Positions 40,506-54,094 of a stretch of DNA of 64,000 bases are shown here, in pieces. The notes beneath the pieces are model-generated. The model was not told the DNA's origin and made no database searches. It worked only from the letters and a program-made list of their open reading frames with translations. How positions within the stretch are numbered: the first letter of the stretch is position 1; the number at the start of each line of letters is the position of its first letter. Origin of the DNA: the human T2T-CHM13v2.0 reference genome, Homo sapiens; the NCBI RefSeq assembly GCF_009914755.1, contig NC_060933.1, one strand, 5' to 3'. The position numbers and the translations under genes are program-made.

Positions 40506-40963
40506 TATGAGTTGTATCACAAATTATCTCATTGAAACAGATTATTTCGCTCCTGCTACCAACATTTCTCTCCAGAGTCATCCTCCTGTTTCCATTCTCC
40601 TGTATCACCCCTTTCCTTTCCAGCTTTCCCCCTACAAATCTGCTTAAAAATTCACCTATGTTGCTATCAAAAAGCAGACGCACATGACCTATTGTCCGCT
40701 ATATTCTTCTGTTCTTAATCCCCAACAGTTCTCCCAGTCCCCACCTCTGCATTCACTAAGATATCAGCATGTTCTCTTCTCCTTCGGTAAGAGAAAAGAG
40801 TAGACACAAGCCTCTCATATAAGTTAATTCATGCAAATAGATGTCTATGGATCTGCTAAATCTTTCATTTTATTAGGCAGACATAAATAAGACTAAATTA
40901 TCTTCACAGTAAGCAAGGATCTCACAACAGAAAAAAGAAATGCATATAAACATAATTTATATA

Positions 40964-41643
40964 CAATCTGCCCTTTGTATACAAGGGTTCTGCATATGCA
41001 GATTCAACAAACCATGGGTTGAAAATATTGGAAAACAAAACAATAAAAAGTACAACAATTTATATTTTATTCTCCTAACACTGGTCTCTTCATTTTTATT
41101 TTATTTTATGGGCTTTTAAAACATATATAATTTCAACTGTTATTTTACACTCAGGAGGCATAGGTACAGGTTAGTTACATGGGTAACATGATGTTGAGGT
41201 TTGGGACATGAATAATCCCATCATCCAGACAGTGAGCATGTACCTAGCAGTTTTTCACATCTTGCCCCCTTCCTTCCCTCCTCTATCTAGTAGTCTCCAG
41301 TGTCTATTTTTGCCATCTTTATATCATGAATGCCCAATATTTAGCATCCACTTATAAGTGAGAATCTGCTGTATATGATTTTCTGCTCCTGCATTAATTC
41401 ACTTAACGATAATGGCCTTTAGCTGCATTCATGTTGCTGCAAAGGACATGATTTCACTCATTTTTATGGCTAAATAGTAGTCCATGGTGTCTATGTACCA
41501 TTTTTATTTCTCCAAGTGACCATTGATGAGCACCTAGGTTGATTCCATGCCTTTGCTATTATGACACATGCTGCAATAAACATATAAATTCATGTGTCTT
41601 TTTGGTAGAATTATGTTATATACATATATATATATGTGTATAC

Positions 41644-41697
<54 letters not shown>

Positions 41698-42882
41698 CCA
41701 GTGATGGGTTTGCTGGATTCAATGTTAGTTTGTTTTAAGTTCTTTGAGAAATTTCCAAATTGCTTTCCACACTTGCTGAGCTAATTTACATTCCCACAAA
41801 CAGTATGTCAGTCTTCCCTTTTCTCTGCAGCCTCACCAGCATCTATTGTTCTTTGGCTTTTCAATAATAGCCATTCTGAATAGAATTGCATTGTGGTTTT
41901 AATTTGCAGTTCTCTGATGAATTGTGATATGTAGCACTTTTTCATATGTTTATTACCCACTTGTAAGTCTTGTTTTCAAAAGTATCTGTTCATGTCTTTC
42001 ACCTATTTTTTAATGGGTTATTTATTTTTGCTTGTTGAATTGTTTAAATTTCTCATAGATTCTGGATATTGAACCTTTGTCAGATGCTTAATTTGTAAAT
42101 ATTTTCTATCATTCTGTAGGTTTTCCTTTTACTCTATTGATAGTGTTGACAGTTTCTTTTGCTATGCAGAAGCTCTTTAATTAGGTCCCACTTGTCAATT
42201 TTTTGTTTTTTTTTTTCTTTTTTCTTCAATTGCGTTTGGGGACTTAGTCATAAATTCTTTCTCAAGGCCAATGTCCAGTATGGTGTTTCCTAAGTTTTCT
42301 TCCAGGATTCTTACAGTTCAAGATCTCACATTTAAATCTTTCGTTCATCTTGAGTTATTATTTTTTCTTATGGTGAAAGGTAGGGGCCCAGTTTCATTCT
42401 TCTGCCTGTGGCTAGCCAGCTGTCTTAGCACTATTTATTGAATAGGGAGTCCTTTCCCCATTGCTTGTTTTTGTCAATTTTGTCAAAGATCAGATGGCTG
42501 TAGGTGTGTGGCTTTATTTCTGATTTCTCTATTCTGTTCAACTGGTGTATATGTTTATTTTTGTATCACTACCATGCTATTTTGGTTACTGTAGCCTTAT
42601 AATATAGTTTATAGTCAGATATGTGTTGCCTCCACCTTTGTTCTTTTTGCTTAAGAACAATGGAACAATTTTGAAAACACAAATGAGAAAATCATTTACA
42701 TAGCATTTACATTTTATTAGTTATTATAAGTAATTTAGGGATTATGTAAAGTATACAGGAGGATGTGCTTAGGTTATATGAGAATACGACACCATTTTAT
42801 ATAAGGAACTTGAGTATCTTCAAATTTTGGTATCTGTGGGAAGTGCTGAAAACAATCCTCCAAGGATAATGAGGAATGACTG
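40964..42882 (-). mobile_element. MER2 (Tigger/TcMar MITE) split by L1
   Basis: TA-flanked termini ta|caatc...gactg|ta; atttacatagcatttacatt...gtatacaggaggatgtg...ccattttatataagg. Confidence 0.85.
41062..42656 (-). mobile_element. L1PB/L1PA16-17-like 3' 1.5 kb
   Basis: Antisense 3' UTR and ORF2 end (ccacttataagtgagaa, ggctagccag, tcaaagatcagatgg); contains a (TA)/(TG) compound microsatellite at about 41617-41697. Confidence 0.9.
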
Positions 42883-44039
42883 TACACAAGTGTATCATGG
42901 ACACACACACACTTAGATGCGACTTATTTGCATTACACAGATACCATAAGATCAAATCAATATGAATAAGTAGAGGAGATGATGAAGAGTGAAGTCAGAG
43001 AAGACTGAATCATGTTATAATACATTGTTACCACTAAAGGCAGATCTTATTACTTATTTTGGCTTCTATTATACATGAGCATCACACATACCCTTTCTTA
43101 ACTGTAGCAGATGCTAAATTAGCAGAGTGTAAGGTAACAATGTGTTCATGCCCTCATCCTAACTTGTGATTTTGCCAAGAATACATGAAAAGCTTTGACT
43201 TTGCTGGAACCCATCACTTTTACCTGGTGGGAGACCAGGCCCAGCCTTGCCAGGCCATCCTGGTGGCATCAGAGAAAATCAGTCATGCTCTTATTTCTAA
43301 GAAGCTTTTCCCTTTTGCCTCATCTTTCAGATACCTGCAAACAGGTCCCCTTTTCCTTTGATCCATGCTCTTATTTTACCTAAAAAAAAACCCAACATCA
43401 AGAACAACATATCTTCCTTCTTTTCTTAGTCAAAATGGTCTCTGCATTTTGTGAGCAGTATTTTGCTTGTCAAATACTTGATAAGGACCAACCATAAGAT
43501 GTGAATGCAGTAAAAGAAGCACTGTACCAAAGGGTGTCAAGAGGCACAGTTCTAATCACAGCTCTGTCATCAACTTACTTTGTGAGCGTGGACAAGTTAT
43601 TTCAGGCTGGATTTTTGTCTTATTTTTTTTGAAATGCAAGGCTTTTGTGAAATGTTCTTTAAGACTTCATCTAATTTCAAAAACTGTATGAGTTGATCCT
43701 GAGGTTCTCAAATTATGTCAGAAAGCTTGAAGCTGTACTGCTTAAGGGTCTAGATCTTAGACTCTATTATTATGCTCCTGCTCAGGACACTGTGATCTTT
43801 GGCCTGATCTGCTTCAATAGATTTCTATTTTGTTTGCCAGTTTCCACTTTTGTATTACTAGAATTAATTCTCCACATGAATTATCAAGTAATGTCTATAA
43901 ACACAAATCAAATCATGTGTCTCCTTTGCATAAGCACTCTAATTGTTTTTCATTGACCTTACAACAGAATCCAAATACCAGCTAAATTCAAGCTGGCCGT
44001 AACCTCCATTACCAATCTCATCTCCTGCCACTCTCCCAG

Positions 44040-44345
44040 GCTGATAACCAGCAAAGAAATAGAAACTCCAGTCTTAGAATCACATGGAATTGGATTTATC
44101 CGGCAATCTGAATGAGCCTGGAAGTTGATTCTCACCCAAGAAACTCAATAAGAAACACAGCCGTGATGACACCTGAATCTTGATATTGTGAGGCCTTACT
44201 CAGAGTCTACAGGACTTTGTGTGAGATCCATCCAAGCCAAGCAAAACTTATAATCTACAGGACTCTGAGATAATAAATTTGTGTTTGTTTAAAGCCAGTA
44301 ATAGGGTAATAACTTCTTTTACAACAGCAACAGAAAATTAACACA
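44040..44345 (+). mobile_element. MLT1D/E-like LTR 3' half
   Basis: ccagcaaagaaatagaaact...ctgaatgagcctggaag...ctacaggactctgagataataaatttgtg...cagcaacagaaaattaacaca. Confidence 0.75.
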
Positions 44346-45404
44346 ACAAATGACAGGACTCATCTGTAAAGATTCCATGAGGAAAGCGGTCCCAAATCTC
44401 CTTCCATCTCTTATAACTCCTTCTTCTCTCTTAGAACTTTTAATCCTACTTTTATGCCAAACAAATCCTAAAATTCAAATTACTCCTAGTCCTGGATGAA
44501 ATCTCAGCTGATATTCCTGACCTGTCCTCATTCATTTAAACATGAAACCTGGGCTTTAGATGTAGCAGGTTCATTCCACCGAAGTCTCAGAATTCATTCT
44601 TTTTCCCACCGTTGAAGATGATAAGGATAGAATAGGGTATGTCCAACATGGAAAAGACCCTGTAAATTATAAAATAGAAGAAACTAGGTGATATTTTGCA
44701 AAGGGAAGGGAGCTCAGAGGAGAGAAATGTCTGCAGGGCCTCAAAATGGTGAGAAAACAGAGTTCTTTTAGTACTAGAGAATATAAATTAAATGCATAGG
44801 TATGTATCATAGATAACTTGTGTCTAGGGAAAAAAATGCTAACCATAAAAGGTGTTCAGGATTACTTTTGGAGGTACTTAGATTTAGAATATTGTATTTG
44901 GAGAGCATGACCAAATTGACAGAAATTTGAAGCATTTCAGAATCTCTGGTCCAACATTCTCATTTTGTCAATGAGTAAACCAAGGTCCAGAGAGCAAGAC
45001 TTGCTTCATGATCTTTAAAGTCGTTTGCTATCATGAAATTTAATTTAAATTATTCTTGTTGGACCAAAACCATATGACCATCTCAATCGATGTAAAAAAA
45101 AAAGTATTAATTCAATAAAATAAATAAATAATAATAAATAAATGATTCCTGCTGTATGAAATTTAACATCCTTTCATGATAAAAACTCCTAACAAATTAG
45201 GTATAGAAGGAGAGTACCTCAATACAGAAAAGGTCACGTGTAACAAATACAAAGCCAAAATTATACTCAATCAGAAAAAATCAAAAAGTTTTCAATAAGA
45301 TCAGAAATATGACAAGTATGTCTACTCTCTCCACTTCTCTTCAACACAGTACTGGAAGTCCCAGTCAGAACAATTAGGCAAAAGAAAGAAATAAAAGGCG
45401 TCTA

Positions 45405-45831
<427 letters not shown>

Positions 45832-45869
45832 TTACAGGCAACATGACCTTACATATAGAAAACCCTAAA

Positions 45870-45871
<2 letters not shown>

Positions 45872-45904
<33 letters not shown>
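45872..45904. repeat. (AC)n microsatellite
   Basis: About 16 perfect units inside the L1. Confidence 0.95.
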
Positions 45905-45906
<2 letters not shown>

Positions 45907-48469
45907 TGTTAGAACTAATAGGTTGGTTTAGTAAAGTTGCAGGATGTAAAATCAACAGACAAAAATCAGTAGTATTTCTATACACTAACAGTGAACTATC
46001 CAAAAATGAAATCAAGAAAACAATTTTATTTATAATAACTGCAAAAAGCAAATAAACAAAAAAAGTAGGAATAAATTTAACCAAGGAAGTGAACACCTAT
46101 ACACTAAAAACTGTAGCATATTGATGAAAGAAATGGAAAAAGACAAATAAATGAAAAGATACTTCATGTTTATAGATTGGAAGAACAGAGGAATATTAAA
46201 ATGTCCATCCTACCCAAAAACTCTATTGATTCAATGTAGTTCTTATCAAAATGCCAAAGACATTTTTCACAAAAATAGGAAAAAATTCTAAAATTCATAT
46301 TGAACCACAAGAGAACATAAATAGCCAAAGCAATCTTGAGCAAAAAGAACAAAGCTGAAAACATCATACTACCTGAATTCAAAATATACTGCAAAGCTAT
46401 AGTAATCAAAACAGCATGGTACTGGCATAAAAAGAGACACACAGACCAGTGGAACCAAATACAGCCCCAGAAATAAATACATGCATTTACAGTCAATTGA
46501 TTTTCAACAAAGGTGACAGGAATACACAATGGGGAAAGGATGATTTCTTCAATAAATAGTATTGGGACAACTGGATATTTAAATGCAGAACACTGAATTT
46601 CTCACACCATATACAAATATCAACTTACAATGGGTTAAAGACTTAAATGTAAGACCTGAAGCTGTGAAATTCCTAGAAGAAAACAGGGGAATAGCTCCAT
46701 GACATTGGTCTGGGCAATGATTTTTTAGATATAAACCCAAAAGCACACGCAACAAAAGCAAAAATAGAAAAATGGGATTACTCCAAACTGAAAAATCTTC
46801 TTCACAAACAATGAAAAAATCAACAGAGTAACCTATGGAGTGGGAGAAAATATTTGCAAACCAGACATTTGATAAGGGGTTAATATCCAAAAATATATAA
46901 GGAACTCAAACAATTCAGTAGTAAGAAAACACATCACCCAAATAAAAAATGGGCTACACACTTGAAGAGACACTCTTCAAACAAAGACATACACATACCC
47001 AATAAAAAAAATACTTAACATCACTAATCATCAGAGGAAATGCAAATTAAAGCCACAATGAGATGTCACCTCATACCTATTAGAATGGCCATAATAAAAA
47101 AGATGAAAGATAACATGTCTTAGAGAGGATATGGAGACTAGGGGCCCCTTGCACAGTGTTGGTAGAAATATAAATCAGTAGAGTCATTATAGAAAATATG
47201 GTGTTTCCTCTAAAAATTAAATCTATAGTTACCATATGATCCAACCATCCCACTTCTGGATATATATCCAAAGGAAATGATATTGGTATTTCGAAGAGAT
47301 AACTACATTAACAGGTTCATTACAGAATTATTCACAATTTCCAAGACATGGAATCAACTTAAGTATCCATCAATGGATGAATGGATAAAGAAAATGTGGT
47401 GTATATATACAAAATAACATACTATGTTGTTGTAAACGAAATGATTTTCTTATTTTTAAAGGCTTATTTTCAACAATGTGGATGAATCTGAAGCACATTA
47501 TGATAAGTGAAATAAATCAGGCACAGAAAAATAAATACTGCATAATCTCACTTCAATGTGGAATCAAAAAAGGTGAACTCATAGAAGTAGTAGAATGGTG
47601 GTTACTAAGGACTGGAGTGAGGTGGTCTGAGGGAGATGTTGGTTAAAGGATACAAAAATTCAGTTTGAAAGAATATGTTCAAGAGATCTATTGTAAGACA
47701 TGGTCGCTATAGTTAATAACAAAGCATAGTACTCTTGTAAATTGCCAAGAGAGTAGGTTTAAAGTATTCTCACAACAAAATTGATAACTATATGGGGTAA
47801 AGCATATATTAACTAGCTCAATTTAGCCATTCCACAATGTATACATATTTCAAAGCAACATGTCGTACATTATAAATTTATACAATTTTGTCAATTAAAA
47901 GTATTAATTCAATAAAATAAATAAATAATAATAAGTAAATGATTCCTGCTGTATTAAATTTAAAAAGGCCCATGGGAAAGACTATCTAAAGAGATTATGT
48001 TGCAGCTTTTCAGTAATTGCAAAACCTTATTTATCCCATTTCTAATTCATACTCTGGTCCTGTTTCTCTCTAATTTGAACTCTGGGTTTACAGTGTGTAC
48101 TCTTGCTGTCCATGTGCTGAAAAAAAACCTGTAGGAACTGCAGTTCTCATCTGAGTCTTCAAATGAAAATCTTTCAGATTTCAGATGTGCTTGTGGCTTA
48201 TGCTTCCTTGTCACTTGAAAAGGGATTTATATAGCCAAATAAGGGTTCAATCAAGATGTTCAAGTCCTGTTTTATCTAATGAGCAATATTTGCACTTTCC
48301 CTCATTCAGTCATATAAAAAGCATCAAGTCCTTCCGTGATTAATAGAAGTATTATAGAAATGAGTAACATAAAATCCCCACCCTCTAGCTCATAGGCAAA
48401 TAACATGGGAAGAGATTGCTGCTATACCATACCATGTCATCAGTACTACAGTGAAGGGCTGTCCAAGAT

Positions 48470-48740
48470 GAAGATGAAAGGAATAGAGAGTGTAGAGCCT
48501 GAGGCATAAAAGAACAAGGTGGGCTCCTTGTACAGAATGATTGCTTCACAGGGAGCTTGGGGATAAATGGACAGATAACAGATGAGGCTGGGAAGCTTGG
48601 CTAAGGTCATGAATGCCATGTTAAGGAATTTGTATTTCATTCTGAAACTAATGTACATTAGAGGATATACTTAAAGAAGAGAGGTGACATGGCGATATTT
48701 TATTTTTAAGAAAATAATTCTGGCACAGTGGGGAAGACCA
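48470..48740 (-). mobile_element. L2 fragment
   Basis: gaatgccatgttaaggaatttgtatttcattctgaa...aaaataattctggcacagtggggaa. Confidence 0.7.
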
Positions 48741-48914
48741 ATTTCCCATAATTCCCTTAGCAACAGCCATTTTTTTGTTGTTGTACTAGAAATTATTCTC
48801 CTCATTACAATACATCCAGTGAGGCTCCTCAGTTGTTTACATAATGTTAGCTACTAATCGTTGCTTTCAAAGAATATATATGAGCCATGATTTTTTAAAT
48901 ATTTCTATAGTACC

Positions 48915-49720
48915 TGTGCACCCATATTTATAACAGCATTATTCACAACAGCAAAATGTGGAAGCAACACAAGTATCCATTGGTGGATAAATGGATTTTA
49001 AAAATATGGTATATACATACAATGGAATATTATTTAGCCTTAAAAAGGAAGGACATTCTGATGCATACTGTAACATGGATAAATCTTGAGGACATTATAC
49101 TAAGTGAAATAAGCCAATCACAGAAGAACAATACTGCATGATTCTATTTATACGAGATACGTAGAGTAGCCAAACTCATAGAAGCAGACAGTAGAATGGT
49201 GGCTATCAAGGTCTGTGGGGCAAGGGAATGGGAGGTTAGCGTTTAATGGGTATACAATTTCAGCTGGGAAAGATTAAAAAGATGGAGATGGGTAGTGGTA
49301 ATGGTTGCATAACAATGACAATATATTTAATGCCACAGTACTGCACACTTAAAAGTGATTAAAATGTCAAGTTCTAGGTTTTTTATTTTTTGTTTGTTTG
49401 TTTGTTTTGAGACAGAGTTTCGCTCTTGTTTCCCAGGTTGGAGTGCAATGGCGCAGTCTCAGCTCACCTCAACCTCCACCTCCCGGTTCAAGCGATTCTC
49501 CTGCCTCAGCCTCCTGAGTAGCTGGGATTACAGGCATGCGCCACCATGCCCAGCTAATTTTGTATTTTTAATAGAGACGGGGTTTCTCCATGTTGGTCAG
49601 TCTTGTCTCGAGCTCCCGACCTCAGGTGATCTGCACGCCTCAACCTCCCAAAGTGCTGGATTATAGGCGTGAGCCACTGTGCCTAGCCCCGGTTGTTTCT
49701 ATTTTATGACAATAAAAAAT
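48915..49720 (+). mobile_element. L1MB-like 3' end, interrupted by Alu
   Basis: cagcattattcacaacagc...ccttaaaaaggaagga...gcagacagtagaatggtggct...cacttaaaagtgattaaaatg. Confidence 0.85.
49382..49688 (-). mobile_element. AluSp
   Basis: gagtttcgctcttgtt, gctcacc and tttctccatgttggtcag diagnostics. Confidence 0.93.
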
Positions 49721-49736
49721 ACATATATAAATTACT

Positions 49737-49890
49737 GGCCAGGTGCCGTGGCTCATGCCTGTAATCCCAGCTCCTAGGGAGGCAGAGGCAGGGGGATAGC
49801 TTGAGCCCAGGAGTTCGAGACCTGCCTGGGCAATGTAGCAAGACCCCATTCTCCACAAAAAGAAAAAAAAAATAAAAAAGTGTAAAACTA
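49737..49890 (+). pseudogene. BC200 (BCYRN1) RNA retrocopy
   Basis: Monomeric Alu with BC200-specific ggatagcttgagcccaggagttcgagacctgcctgggcaat...gaccccattctcca and an A-rich domain; perfect TSD atatataaattac at 49723-49735 and 49891-49903. Confidence 0.88.
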
Positions 49891-51404
49891 ATATATAAAT
49901 TACAAACAAGAGGCAAACTCGAAATTCAGTTTTTTTCAGAGTCCTGGAGTATACTTGATACTATCCAGCCTGTCAGTGATTATGCAGCCACTGTCTTCAA
50001 TTGCTTCTTTCTCTGGATTCTTCCCAGCTGCATATCCCTCCTTAAAATGTGATAGACTTTTCCTCTTCTGGCCTGTATAAAACAGAGACAAGTTCCATTG
50101 CTCGGCAAAACTAAAATGACAAGGGAGCTTGTGAGATCGTTTCATACATCCCACATCTTTATCTGTACCAAGAGACAAGCCTGGGCCAACTCTTGTTCAT
50201 TTTGTTCTGCTGAATCAGGGAAATTCCATCTCTCTTGTAGTATGTGGTCACACTAATGGGGCCTCAGGTAGGGGGACAATCTGCCAGACGTCTCTGTGTC
50301 TCTGGCCTTCTCCCTTGTATTTGGCATGAGACCAGGAACCCAGATATTTTTAAAGAGAAGGAAAGGGATGACCTGCAAATTGAGCCAGGCCAGAGGCCTG
50401 AGTTGACCATTTTTAGTCATAAACCAGAGAGGGTGCTTGCTGTAGAGTAGGACTCCAGAAACCTGGTGCCTGCTGAGATGGCACCAGAATACGAAACACC
50501 TGAAACATGGGAGATGCCAGCAGAAACAAACATAATAAAGACAGGGAAGGGTAGCCCAAGTGGCCTGGGTGCAAATTCTGCTCCATGATTTTGGGAAACT
50601 CTCTTACCTCTCTGAGCCACAGGAAACTTAACTTATAAAATGAACACTTTATTCTATAGAGTTATAATGCATAAAGGGATGACAAAATATTGTGTATGAT
50701 ATTCTATAAGTACCCACAAATATTAGTTCCTCTCCTCCTGGCATCATATCAAGAGGCAGCCCAGTTCTAAATGATATACTGGTCTCCCCTTAACAGACAT
50801 CTATGCATCTCTGTTGCAAAAAATGGCACCACCCAGTTTCCCCCAAATATGTCATCATCCTATTAAATGCCTACTGTGTGCATTGTGATTGTTCATCTCA
50901 GCTCTCATTCTAGCCTTTACTTCTGATGCTTGAATTGCTTTTTCTACTTTCCTCTTACTTCTTTAAGTCCATCTTGTCTTGCAGGTTTCAGACCACGTTT
51001 GGGGTAGGATTGTTGTTACATGCCTGGCTAGGGCTACGTGACACAGAATGATTCTTCTGGGACTTTTGGAGCTCTTTCTTTCCTTGCCCCTACCTAAGTG
51101 GGTTTGTGCTTCAGTTTCCACGCTACCCACTACTCTCAACTATCTGCTGAGGGGTCATGTGAAATGGGAGAACAGTCAGGGCCTTAACAGTCAAACCAAA
51201 CAATAATTTAATTTCTCCACATGATTCCAACTCCACCTTGAGTACTGTCTCCAGAGAATCACTTTTTAAATGCACATTTGAAAAGCGTTTGCTCTACTGG
51301 GAAAAAAATTCAGTAGATGATATTTGCTCTTCATTTTGTCACATAACCAGGGGCTGGCCTCCAAGGATTTTAAATGTGGAGAGGACCTTTGAGATCATTT
51401 GATG

Positions 51405-51701
51405 CAGAGGTGGTAAACTTCAATGCCCACCAGGGCCAAGCAGGGAAGGTAAATGAGTGATGTCACTCAGGAGAGTGAATTGGAAAGGCCCGGCTTTATC
51501 TAAAGGCGAAGCTGCTACAGAGGTCCCAAGATTGATGCCCTCTGTGATTGTAGGAGCTCTAATGCACCCAAATATTTACGTGTTGGCAATTAATATCCTT
51601 AAAAATATTAATGTTGGCACTAAATACAAGTATTTTAAAGATAATATGTAAGCCAAATAAGCATATTGGCACAGCCCTGGACCACCAGTTGGCAATTTCT
51701 G
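51405..51701. mobile_element. MER102-like hAT-Charlie element
   Basis: Inverted termini cagaggtggtaaact...cagttggcaatttctg; internal taaatgagtga...tctaaagg. Confidence 0.75.
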
Positions 51702-52099
51702 ACTTGTCCAAACGCTACATTTTGCAGAGATCTGGGACATAGACATATGCTGCCCAAAGTCGCATCAAACAATCCTGGGCGACTGGAATGAGAACTCACA
51801 TCCAAAGCTGATCCACAGTCTGTCCAGTATACCTCCAACTGCATGTCCTCAGTGATTCTTTCATCCCATTTGAGAAGAAGAGGAAAGAGAGAGGATGAAA
51901 TGCACTTAGAATGAGGGAGTAATAAAAGGGGTAACCCTGAGGTGGAAAATATGGTACCTTTCTCAAAATTTCATTGACTCAACACATTTTTGTTGAATAA
52001 ATGCAATCTGCTGACACTGTCCTAAGCACTGGGGACTCTACAGGGAACAAAGCAGAAGTCCTTGCCCTTATTACTAAACTCACTTCCATTTCTTGAACC

Positions 52100-52450
52100 T
52101 CTCAATATTTCACCTCCAGACTTTCATATTACTCTCCCTTTGATGAGAACAGGCTTCTCCTGACAAAGCCTGGCTAAACTTACTCATTCTTCAAGATTCA
52201 GCTTAGATTCTACTTCTTCCAGGAAGCCTTCTGGCATGCACACACTCACAGATCTGTATCAGATAAACCTCCTCTGAGACCTCGCAGTGCCTTGCACTTC
52301 CCTACTGAAACACGTCTCACAGGCATTCTAATGTCCCTTGTCTCTACTAACTTCTGAGCTACACAGGAGAATATACCATGGCTATCTTGTGCACAACTTA
52401 CTCTCAGCACATTGAGCAATCTGTAGCACAGAGTTGGTGTTCACTAAATG
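52100..52450 (+). mobile_element. L2 3' fragment
   Basis: ctcattcttcaagattcagctt...cttccaggaagccttc...tagcacagagttggtgttcactaaatg. Confidence 0.7.
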
Positions 52451-53219
52451 GTACAGTATCCCTCCTTCCAAGAATGGCAAACCAAGACCATGAGAGTTCC
52501 TCAATACTAACCTCTGACAGATCCCGTACTGTCCCCCACCCCGGTCTCCTAAGATCCTCTCAGTTACCCTCTACTAGGGACCTCTCCATGTGCCCAGATC
52601 TTCCTGCCTCTCTTCATTTTTCCCTCCAGCTGCACATTTTAATTCTGGAATCAGTCTTTGCTTTATTAGGCTTGCGTTCCCTTTGAAGCCGTGGCTACAC
52701 ATGGCCACACAAACCCTGGCATCTCGGCCTCCAACCAACAAGATCCTTGGTGACCTGACAAAACATCTGGGCAACTGACTCATCTTGGTTTTCTCTTCAT
52801 GCACATGGCTTGGCACTACTTAGGCACTGCCTGAAGGTCGGGTGCTGAATCCCTGATGCCGTGACAATTTTTCTTTGGTCTCTTGAAATCATCAAGAGCT
52901 TGTGTACATGGGTAAGGCTTTTTTAATCAGGGAACAGCTGGTTGTGGTAGGGGAATCTATTTGTTGTGCCCACTATTAATTAGTAACATTTTAGAAAGCA
53001 GAACAAGAAGAGCAAAGTTTATGACTAGAAGGGAAAATTGGAAGCCATATGTAAAAGCTGTGGGTGATGAATATTGGATTAACATGCCATAGTTGAAGGA
53101 TTTTCAGGTGAAAGATGAAGATTTCTTTTCCATGACTTTAGAGGATGAAACTATGATTAGAAGTTTCAAGGAAGAAAACTTTAGACTTTATTCTTTCAAC
53201 AAAAAGGACCAAATTATAA

Positions 53220-53440
53220 GATACTCTTTTGTTGTTTTTCAATAAACATTTGTAAAAATCCTGTATTTTGAGCCACTTCATCAACTAGGCATGAAATGAA
53301 CAGTTATCAAACAGAGTTCTTGCTCTCAAGGAGACTGCAGTCAAATGAGGGAAACCAACACCGAAACAGGAAAATTTGATCATGCAATGTTGAAGTGCAG
53401 TAACACATAAACCTTGTGGGAGCAGAGGAGCAGAGCACCA
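53220..53440 (-). mobile_element. L2 3' fragment
   Basis: ttcaataaacattt...cttgctctcaaggagactgcagtc...tgggagcagagga. Confidence 0.65.
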
Positions 53441-54021
53441 TGTAGGGTTTTCAAACCTGGTACTACCAGCTACTGGTGACATGATCTTGAGAAAATCTCT
53501 TAACTTACCTGGTAAGATGATACTGAAACTAAAAGGATTTCGTACAAGCAATATTTTGTAAACTAAAAATGGACTTAACAATGTTCGTGTCCACCATTAA
53601 ACTTTCCCAAATTCACACAGGACTATCTTGAAAGGTATTGAGATTCTGGTCTTAGGAAGAATTTAAGGAAGCCAGTACCTTCCTAGATAAGGGATGTTTA
53701 AAGAGAAATTCCTATACACTGGGGAGAGGCTTGTATATATTGAGAACATCTTCTTAACAATGCCTTGTTTTAAATAAGATTAGTGAATTTGTTCCAAGAA
53801 ATAGAAAATGTGTTGAAGTTAAGCTAGCAGCCAAGTGGCACTAAAAAATAATTCACCCCTAACAACGGAATTGAGATGGCTACTCATCAACCCTGCCCTG
53901 ATTAAGAATATTTCGACTTAGATCACTAGCAAGCATAAGTGATGAGTCCCCTTCTCATTCTCCAGTGACACTCGATCTAGTTTCAGAATTTATTTTCCAA
54001 GATTTTGCCACCTCTCCTCCT

Positions 54022-54045
54022 TTCTTTCTTTTCTTTCTTTCTTTC

Positions 54046-54094
<49 letters not shown>

